Position numbers and translations under genes: made by a program
Notes under the pieces: model-generated
The model's database searches: none
What the model saw: the letters and a program-made list of their open reading frames with translations, nothing else
Told to the model about the DNA's origin: nothing
Source of the DNA: Histomonas meleagridis 2922-C6/04-290x
Lineage: Eukaryota; Protista; Parabasalia
Length of the DNA: 64,000 nt
Reading direction: 5' to 3'
Assembly: GCA_020184695.1 (NCBI GenBank)
Contig: JAANOX010000211.1
Coordinates: forward strand, 1-64,000
In this document: positions 32,501 to 41,611 of the stretch, piece by piece
How the letters are laid out: each line of letters starts with the position of its first letter
Position numbering within the stretch: the first letter of the stretch is position 1

Positions 32501-34643
32501 CTTCATTAATTCCATCTTTAAATGAAGGTTGAATTATAGGTAATAATGATAAAAATAAATCATTTTCATTGATATAATCTCTAAATTGATTCTTTAATAA
32601 AGAACATTTAAATGCAATTTTTAACAATAAATCTAATGAATTTTTAATTTCATTTTCATCAGTTAAATTTTGTGTATAATTAACAAGTATAGAAAAGAAT
32701 TTTGTTCGTAAAAATATACAAGAAATTCCTGTCGATTCACCATCAAAAGCATTTGATATAGTCTTTAATATATGATTAACAATTTCTTGATAATTATTAT
32801 CTTTTTGTTCAATTAAAATCATTTTCCTAAAGAATGAAAATATGATTTCCATTCCTTGATCATTTTCATTTAGTATTGAAATAGCTTTAGTTAATTGATC
32901 AAATGCAAAATCTCTTACATCTTTTTCATATATAAGTTCAGTTAAAATTGTTATAAATGAAGTACATTTAAATAATACTCTTTGATATGTCGGAAATATT
33001 AAAAGTGAATCAACATATTCGAATAATGATTTACGAATTATTTCATATGATTTAACTTCTGTTTCCTTTTTATTTATTATATAATTAATATGATTATCTC
33101 TTAAAATTGTTAATAAACTTGAAATTCTTTTTTCATAAAAAACTCTTGTAAATAAATATGGAAATATATTTGATCCTAAGAAAATACATTTCATTAAAAA
33201 GTTTTGTAATTCTTCATCTAAAAGTAATTCCGAAATTACAATTTCATGTCTTGATAACAACGGTAATATAAAATTATAATTTTGTGAATTTAATATTAAA
33301 TAAAAATAAAATGTTTCAATGAATTCAATGAACTCTTTACATCGAAAAGTTTCAAATATTAATTCTAAAATTCGCTCGAAAAAGTTTATCTTCATAAAAT
33401 TATCAATTGATTCATTGATAGATATTTTTGTTAATTCTTTTGACCATTGTAATAAAAAGGTAACTAATGAAGGCGTTGGATTATTACCAAATAAAATCAT
33501 TATTTTACGCATAAATTGTGAACTTGTTAATATTTGTGATTGCTTAGGATTTGATTTAAATAATAATAAAATTGTTTGTAATAATGAAACTAAAATTGAA
33601 TTATCAGTAAATAATTGTAAATCTTTTGGCTCATCTGAATTTATATTATTTCGAAGTTTTTCATCAGAAATATGTGTTATAGGTTCATTAAATGTTGAAA
33701 TATTTAAAATGTCTTGTAAATTGATTTCGGTTGTTGTAGTTTCAAGTTTTTCATGTGTTTCTAATTTTTCAATTTCGACTTTAACTTCAACATTTGAAAT
33801 ACACTTAAAGATAAATTTAGAAATACTTTCAAATTCGTTGTGATTATAAATTAATTCTGAAAGATTTGGAAATTGCATTGTTAATTTTGATAGAAAATTT
33901 AAAGTTGTTATTTGTGTTGCAACTGGAATATTAGTATCTAAAAATGATATCAAATGTTTGTATAACGATTTATATGGAAGATTAGAAATCGAATAATTCC
34001 GAAGAACAGTAAACATATTGTGAATTATCGAATTGTATAGTTTATCTTTTTCATCGTCCTGTGACCCGAAATGAAGAGAAAGTAATGCATATAAAAAATA
34101 ATCTCCAAAATACTGAAATGAGTCTGGTATTCCAAGATGTTGGAAAATTGAAATTGACAAATTTAATAGTTTTAACAATTCTGATGATTTTGAATCAAAT
34201 AAGTCAATTTTAGCATAATACATTTTAACCTTAGAAAGAGCATAAGATACTGCAGCTGCAATATATGGGTTAAGATTTTGTTTGGGAATTATTTGAGATG
34301 AAATTATTTCAAATATTGAATTCAATTCTGGGAAGTAGCAATTGCCAGACCTTCCAGAATAAAATGCTACTGCAAATAACTTTTGAATGATTAGAATATT
34401 TGATAAATTTGCATTTGCAACATCCATTAATCCATTAAAATCATATAACACCGCAAGAACCTCCATGGTTGATTGGGTTTTCTTCCTTCTAATAATTGTA
34501 TTTACAAAGTTTGAATCATATGAAAAAAATGGAAGATCAGACTCTGTTTGAAAACTAAATAAAGAAACACAATGTTGAATAATGTAATCGCTTTCCGGTA
34601 ATGTGTTTTTATCCAAAAAATGTAAAATGCACTGGTTCTTCAT
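26538..34643 (-). CDS. BEACH-domain protein (neurobeachin/beige-like) with ConA-like, PH, BEACH and WD40 regions
   Basis: BEACH motifs [41 protein letters not shown] and WIDLIFGY; upstream PH-like segment; C-terminal WD repeats. Confidence 0.93.
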   Translation of the reverse strand: [2701 protein letters not shown]

Positions 34644-35553
34644 TTGTTATTTTTGATATCCGATCTTTCGGTGATTGTAAATTATTCAAAATCCTGCTAT
34701 TTTTTTGAAAAGTGCCGATATTTTTTATATTAACGGTCTATTACTATTTCGGAAGCAAGATTAATGTTAAAGTTTTCTATACAGGACTTTTAAATTAAAT
34801 ACACATGGGCAATGACTCACCACTAACGAATTATTTATAGTTTTGATTCTCATGAAAAAATTTTTTGAAAAAACAAAACGAAAATACATTTTAAATGTGC
34901 AATATACGATAGAACTTTTTAATAATGAGATTCAATATAACTTGATCGTTATAAATCAACTGGTCAGTTTTGACTTTTTGATTATCTGAGGATATGTGTA
35001 GTTTACTCCACTTTTGAATAGCACTTTTTGTTTCGGCCAAATAAACCAAGTTTTTATTAAAATAACCGTCGGAATTCACTGTTTATGTGATTTATTTTTT
35101 GAAAATTGAATAACTTTGTTCGACATCCATGAAACTTGTCACTTTTTTCATTTTCGGAATTATGATTATAACGTTCTCCGATGTGTTACGTTGTAGGTAC
35201 CTCAGTAAAGTATTCAATTTGTTTATAGAAATGCGACATTAAGATAAATTAAACTCAGGATTATTTCCTGATCGATAAACAAATTTTCCCTTAAAAACAA
35301 AAAAACGAACAACATTCCAATGGGAATGGTAATGGAAAAGCATAAAGAAATATAATATTCGAAAGATAATGCGATAAAAGATTTGAAGGAAAAGTTAAAA
35401 TATTTTTGCATTGATTTATAAGGGAAAATAAGTGATTTGCAAAATGCATCAGAAATCGCTGTTCGGCCTTTAGTTCCCTTCATAACAATCAAAATTATCA
35501 GGATAATCTTCCTTCATATCCAGCGGTCAATGATAGTTGAATGGTGCGGGTTG

Positions 35554-35620
35554 ACGATAGGGATACGATGGGACTTTTTAAACATGTTCAAAAAGTCCTA
35601 TCGTAAATTGGTTCTATCGT
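35554..35620. repeat. 40-bp near-perfect palindrome (35565-35604) with outer inverted ACGATAG/CTATCGT motifs
   Basis: Arms ACGATGGGACTTTTTAAACA and TGTTCAAAAAGTCCTATCGT are complementary at 18/20 positions. Confidence 0.8.
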
Positions 35621-35929
35621 AAACAAAACTTTTTCAATATATACCGATCATAACCGCTGAAATTGAACCAAAAAACATAAAAAAGTGACTATTATCAAAA
35701 ATGGGTGGTCTACAATGAGATATTCAAAAAGTGGAGGTGACATGTGATTACATTTCGTCACACTGTGTAAACTCTAAGTCCCCTTTATTATATATAAAAT
35801 GATATTATATTGTTTAATTTTCAATATAACTTATGAATAAAGATAAAGTAACACAAACCAATTTATTAATTCATTCACAAATGGGAAATGATAAAATGAT
35901 CCAACATTTCGTGAGAATGATTTATATCA

Positions 35930-35938
<9 letters not shown>

Positions 35939-35962
<24 letters not shown>
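35939..35962. repeat. (TA)12 microsatellite
   Basis: Directly visible. Confidence 0.9.
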
Positions 35963-36101
35963 GTAAAAAGAACATTTTGTGTAATGATTAATTACATCAG
36001 AGAAAAGATTTGGAAGAAAACAAAATTATTAGAAGTTATATCAATTAAATTGAAATGAAATGAAATTTTAGTGTTTGAATTATGATGTAATTGTGAACTC
36101 A

Positions 36102-36596
36102 TTATGTTTGAGAACTCAACTCTTTTATTAAGTCCTCATAGCTTGTTTGTATCTCAATAAAATGTCCATGGGAAGTCGGTGATGATGCGATCGAAATATC
36201 ACTTTTGAGGATATTTTTCGCTTCCGAATTCAAAACAGATGCAATACCACCATTTTTTGAAGTTTCTGTTCTATATATCTCAAAAAATTCATCCTCCACA
36301 AATTTTTTTACAATGCTAACTGGAGCTAAGCTTATCAAAGGACGAAAATTTTTGGTTTTGAGTAAAGATTGTTTTTCATTATTAAAAGTTGGTATTAATC
36401 TTGATTTCCTGGTTATGGGCTTCCTTGTTCCTGCAGGAAATAATGGTTTAATGGTATCATCTGAATTATAATCAATATTTTTTATTGAATTAATATATTT
36501 TTTATTTCCAAAACGTCGTGGCTTAACACTAATCCATGTACCTTCAGGGTCCCTTTGAGTAGATCCCTTCGTAATCAATATAAGGAGAAGAAGCAT
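36102..36596 (-). CDS. Small hypothetical protein with a signal-peptide-like N-terminus
   Basis: 164-aa ORF starting MLLLLILITKGS; no recognisable domain. Confidence 0.55.
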   Translation of the reverse strand: MLLLLILITKGSTQRDPEGTWISVKPRRFGNKKYINSIKNIDYNSDDTIKPLFPAGTRKPITRKSRLIPTFNNEKQSLLKTKNFRPLISLAPVSIVKKFVEDEFFEIYRTETSKNGGIASVLNSEAKNILKSDISIASSPTSHGHFIEIQTSYEDLIKELSSQT

Positions 36597-36969
36597 TTAC
36601 AAATGTCCTAAATCAAGATTTTATCAATAGAAATTTTCTTAAGTTTGAAACATGTTTCAAAAATGTTGAAATATGTTTGGTACGTACCAAATTGAATTGC
36701 AATTCCAAAAACGTTTTTTGGAGAAACACAATGATACAAGGCCGTTAGGCTTATTTCCTTAATGAATAGATTTAGTTCATAAAAAATATTTGATATATCT
36801 TTTGAGGATTAAGTATTTATAGGTATGTCTATCTATGTTAACCTAATTTTTCTATATTTTTGATTTACTTAAAATTTGAAATTCAATTGTTATTTGGTCG
36901 ATTTTGAACAAAATCATCGAACATTGAGTTTTTTTTGACGCCTGCAAACTTCAATATCTAACACTAAAA

Positions 36970-37193
36970 TAGGGTGGATTCTTGTAATCAGAACCGGATT
37001 TTCTGGGCAAATCTTTTGCGGGCAAATACCATTCAAACTTGCCCATCAAACCGCCGGGGTTTCAGAGTGTATCGCTGATGTAAAGTTCACACTTCATTCA
37101 TGGAAAATTTAATATAATAAGTATTTTGGATCACAGTTTCTTTCTGCCGTCGGACGACAAAACTTCAAAAAATGGACATTTTGGCCCACCCTA
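36970..37193. mobile_element. Non-autonomous DNA transposon / MITE copy B (224 bp), hAT-like, opposite orientation to copy A
   Basis: Ends TAGGGTGG...CCACCCTA with a 7/8 flanking direct repeat CACTAAAA/CACTGAAA. Its reverse complement TAGGGTGGGCCAAAATGTCCATTTTTTGAAGTTTTGTC resembles copy A CAGGGTGGGTTCAAATGTCCATTTTTCGAAATTTTGTC. Confidence 0.75.
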
Positions 37194-39703
37194 CACTGAA
37201 AAAATTTAAATCAAACTAAACTCTCAATCTGGGGCAATCTTGCCAGATGATACATATGATATGGCACCGATCATTTTCATATCACAATCGTTTCATGAAT
37301 ACAAATATGATACTTTTTAAAGAATAAACCACACAATTTTTATTATCTCATCATCATCTAGTGGCAACGATAGCTTTCAAATATGGCAACAGACTTAGTG
37401 AAATATAGGTCAAGTCTGTAGAATGAAGAATTTATTTTATTATAAATTTTAAAAAATAAAGTTGGTGTGAAGCTTCTCCTTAAGTCCACGAAATTTTTAT
37501 TCTTCTTAAGCCCTAAACAGAAATTTCCAAAAAATTCGCACTTCAACCTAAGTCAAATTTTATTATCGATTTTTTGACTTCTTAAAAGGCCACATATGGG
37601 ATCATGTAATTCAAAAATTCACAACTTTATTGTCATTCAAAGATTTAACATATCGGCATATCACAACAGCTTGCAAACGACCGTTTTCCTTGTGATCGTT
37701 TTGCCAAAATTTGTGATAATTTCAATTGAATTTGCCATTTTGGGTACAAGTCGACCGTTTAATCGACTTTGACTAAGATGCGTCTCAGCGCTTCAAATGT
37801 TCTCATTTTTCATAGTTCATTAATAATTTTAAAAATAGTCACAATAAAATGCATCTAAGGATTAAATCATTTAAATCATTTAAATTTATTTCTTAATTCG
37901 TTTTTCTTTGGAGCGCAACTTTTTTACACAAAAAATAAAGTCAAACCAAAAAAACCCAATAGTCAATTTTCGGAAACCGCTAACCAAAGAAGAATTACTT
38001 GTTCTAATTGACGCCAAAAATTATTCAAACTTCTAAGAACTTTTATGTTAGCAGACAGTATTAAGTACTCAAAACTATTAACTTTGCATGTACCAACCAT
38101 TTTCAAAAAAAGTAAATTTCAATTGTTATTAAAATCATCAAAAGTTAATGTAATATTTATCATATGAAAAATAAACACTTGAATGCGAAGTTATTTTTTA
38201 ATTTTCCTAAGATAAATATTATTCATGATTTCCAGGAGATTATTTTCATAATTTTTATTTCAAATAAAAATGCAATATTTTAGAATCCTAAAAACTTAGA
38301 AAATTTAAAGAAAGTATAAATTATGGAAACTAAAAATTTATTATTTGAAGATTTATCATTAATTTTAAATTTTCACTTTATTGATTAAGGAAAAACCATG
38401 TTTTTGCTATTATTAGTCAAGAATGAAATGACATGAATTGATAAAAAATATCCATTATTAATGAAGATATTTTTGTTTATAAATTTTTTTATCTGGTTGG
38501 AAAAATTACACAAAACTGATATAAATCATACAAATGTGTGTCATTCAAAATAAAAAGCTTTGTTTCGTGCTTGGAACTTGAGCTTTCATAATAGGATAGT
38601 ACCTAATCTTCTTAACACTGTGTCTTACTTACAGATAATTATTTCTGGTAAAAAAATGAGGATTGAAGTTTCTTAATCAATTCATTACTGATAATGAAAT
38701 TACCAAATATTTGCTTGAACACATGATATTTGTTCCTTTCTTAAAAGGATATTAAAGCTGTAAATACAAGAGAGAACAATATTTTCTTTGGATTAAGTCA
38801 AGACCGTTTATTGTTTGAATATCTTAAATTTTTATCAAAATGAACAAACATTTTTTGTTTTGATTGATATTTTGAGTGGCTTATTTTTGTTGGGTCTATT
38901 GGTTCTAATATTTATGAATGTTTGTATATTAATTTGAAATATATAAGAATAATTTTATTATTTTTTGAATTTTTGAAATTATGACCAAGCACAAATAATA
39001 TTTCTAATTTTGGAATGAGGGCATTGCTATTTGAGTGAATTTATTAAATTTTTTGGAATTTGATGAAATTGATTAACTGAAACAAACATTTTCTTTGGAT
39101 GATACCAAGACATTCTAGGCCTATTATTAATAATTTAAATGTGCTTATTCATGAGAAACAACGAAAGCAAGTTTGATAAATACAACACTTAGCCTCTAAA
39201 AATCTTTGGTATTGAAAATAGAACGTCCAAGAGTGTTTCCCACAAAAAATTCAATATACTTTATGTTTATCGGTTATGAAAAATTGAATACTTGGACGCC
39301 ACATGATTAAATTTTCAATTGAAAAAGACAACTTTTTTAATAATATTCTCTCAAAGTTTGACGGTTTATTTTCCCTCAAAAAGCTAAACCGTTGTTGTAA
39401 AAAGACCATGGTGCAATTCAATATAGATTAATGATGGTAATTGCACAATTTTCAACCTGATAGTCCATTTTTCAAAATGATTCAAACTTGGAATAATTAA
39501 AGAAATTTACTGTCATTGTGCTTCGTTTTCTCTTAATTTTTACGTGATATGTGAAGTCAAAAGGTTTTAAGGATGGTGCTTTTTTGAGGGAAAAATTGTT
39601 TACACTCACAAATAATTGACCACGCGGGAACGGCTTTTTCAATAAAGCGCTGGCGATCAACTTCAAAGCTGAACAAGGAGTGCAAAAACATATAGTATTG
39701 TAA

Positions 39704-40570
39704 ATGGAAATTACCCCTTACGCAGAACAAATATTCCGTCAATACTTATCAGTCGAAATTGATGCAATGAACAACCAAATTGCTGATGATCGAAAACAAA
39801 ATATCATATCAGAATCAATCTCATTTATATTGGGTGAAATAGATTCAGTAAATGTGCGAGATTGCGTAAATGACAATATAAATTATTTTGAACTAATAGG
39901 GGAAATCAAAAGAGTATTTAAAGAAGTTATCAATCATACATATATAACTACATTCTCATATCAAAATTTTGAAGAAGCTAGACCACGGAGAAGTCCAAAG
40001 TGGTCTAAAAAAGAAGACATACGATTACTATGCGGAACGGCAAAATATGGAGCAAAGAATTGGAGAGCAATATCTGATTTTGTTGGACATAATAGAACAA
40101 GTATTCAATGTAATCAACGTTGGAATCGCTCAGTAAATCCAGAAATTCTCCATAGTGAATGGACAAAGGAAGAAGATGATATCTTACTTGAAACAGTTAA
40201 TGTTAAAAAAATCACCAAATGGAAACAAATATCCAATTTAATTCCAGGTCGAACGGACCTTCAATGTCGTTATAGATATACACAACTCACAAGGAATGGT
40301 GGATTTCCTCAAACAGATCAAGAAAATCAAAAATCGCCACAAGAAACTCCAAACAAGCAAATTGATATTTTTTCTCTTTTGGTTAATGATGAAAGTTCAT
40401 CTACAAACGATGAAAAGCACCAACAGCCTCCTGCATACAATAAAGTTGTTGTTAAATCCAAGCACCGAGTTATAGTTGCTCCAAATCAATTGTCAAGTTC
40501 TGAAAATGAGAATTTGATAGATAAGATAAATGAACCAGCTCAAACAAACACTCAAAGCGAGAAAAATTAA
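39704..40570 (+). CDS. R2R3 Myb-like DNA-binding protein
   Basis: WSKKEDIRL...NWRAISDFVGHNRTSIQCNQRW and EWTKEEDDILL...KWKQISNLIPGRTDLQCRYRY. Confidence 0.93.
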   Translation: MEITPYAEQIFRQYLSVEIDAMNNQIADDRKQNIISESISFILGEIDSVNVRDCVNDNINYFELIGEIKRVFKEVINHTYITTFSYQNFEEARPRRSPKWSKKEDIRLLCGTAKYGAKNWRAISDFVGHNRTSIQCNQRWNRSVNPEILHSEWTKEEDDILLETVNVKKITKWKQISNLIPGRTDLQCRYRYTQLTRNGGFPQTDQENQKSPQETPNKQIDIFSLLVNDESSSTNDEKHQQPPAYNKVVVKSKHRVIVAPNQLSSSENENLIDKINEPAQTNTQSEKN

Positions 40571-40780
40571 ATCTGATATGGATTTCACATATTGGAACTA
40601 ATGCATAGATAATAAAAATAAATTTCACTGAATTTTAAAATTTATTTTTTATTTTATTTATCAATTTTTTTAATGAAATTTTGCAGTTATCAAATATCTT
40701 TTTAAATTAAATTCAAATCTTTATTCCATATCATATCCGTTTATTATCACTAAAAATAAAAATATAATATTTTATTCAAA

Positions 40781-41563
40781 TTAACAACAAGAGTATTTAT
40801 CGTTTGCCAAAAATGAATTATCTTTCTTCCATTCCTCTATTTCATCTTCTGTTGGTATTTTGTATTTTGGATGATTTTTATGCATTGTTAAGAATTCTTT
40901 TAGATTTCGAATGATTCCATGACTAAATGGACTCAAATCATATCTCCAATTCCTTAAATAAGATATTCGTTCTGCTTTTGCTGATTCCCATGTAGTTTTA
41001 TTCAAACAAGCATAAAATACTTGAACCGGAAATTGTACAATTGTTTGGAACAATGCAAATGCAGAAGAAACACAAACTACACCGCACATAAAATTAGTAA
41101 ATATCCATATAATAAAATCATTTTCTTCAAGTGCTGCTTTCCATGTTTGGTGAATATATTGAACCAATGTAATGATATCAAAAAAAAGAAACAATATAAA
41201 ATATAAATGATTGTTCATTCCAACACATGTTCCAATCCAAGGGCAATGATGATCTCTTCTTAAAACACAATGCTTACATTCTTTACAATGTGATGCGCGT
41301 AATGGTGGACATAAATGACACTCATCGCAAAAAAAGTCATTTTGAAGCATTGGAGATTCTTCATCTGATTCAACAAATCCAGGACCTTTGCAAGCTTTAT
41401 AAAAAAAATAAATTGAAATCAAATTAAAAATTGGAAATATCATACACTTTTTTGAAAATTTTACGAAAATATCATTATGTAACGGTGTGTTGCTGTAAAG
41501 GCAAACAATAAATCCATATGTATGTAATGTATACCAAAGTATGCAAGGGATTTTTATTCGCAT
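40781..41563 (-). CDS. DHHC-type protein S-palmitoyltransferase
   Basis: CDECHLCPPLRASHCKECKHCVLRRDHHCPWIGTCVG, several TM helices and a KTTWE motif; first in-frame ATG at 41563. Confidence 0.93.
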   Translation of the reverse strand: MRIKIPCILWYTLHTYGFIVCLYSNTPLHNDIFVKFSKKCMIFPIFNLISIYFFYKACKGPGFVESDEESPMLQNDFFCDECHLCPPLRASHCKECKHCVLRRDHHCPWIGTCVGMNNHLYFILFLFFDIITLVQYIHQTWKAALEENDFIIWIFTNFMCGVVCVSSAFALFQTIVQFPVQVFYACLNKTTWESAKAERISYLRNWRYDLSPFSHGIIRNLKEFLTMHKNHPKYKIPTEDEIEEWKKDNSFLANDKYSCC

Positions 41564-41611
41564 TTCTGTTAAAAATTTGACTGTTTTTTGCCGGCAATTA
41601 TTATTTACCCA

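Noticed and set aside
35454-35480. U2 snRNA-like 5' sequence ATCGCTGTTCGGCCTTT
   Set aside because: Lacks the downstream GATCAAGTGTAGTA branch-site recognition region and an Sm site.
35223-35622. Short ORFs at 35223-35492 and 35437-35622, and similar 60-110 aa ORFs antisense to larger genes
   Set aside because: Short, mostly non-ATG starts, no recognisable motifs, or fully overlapping confident genes on the other strand.
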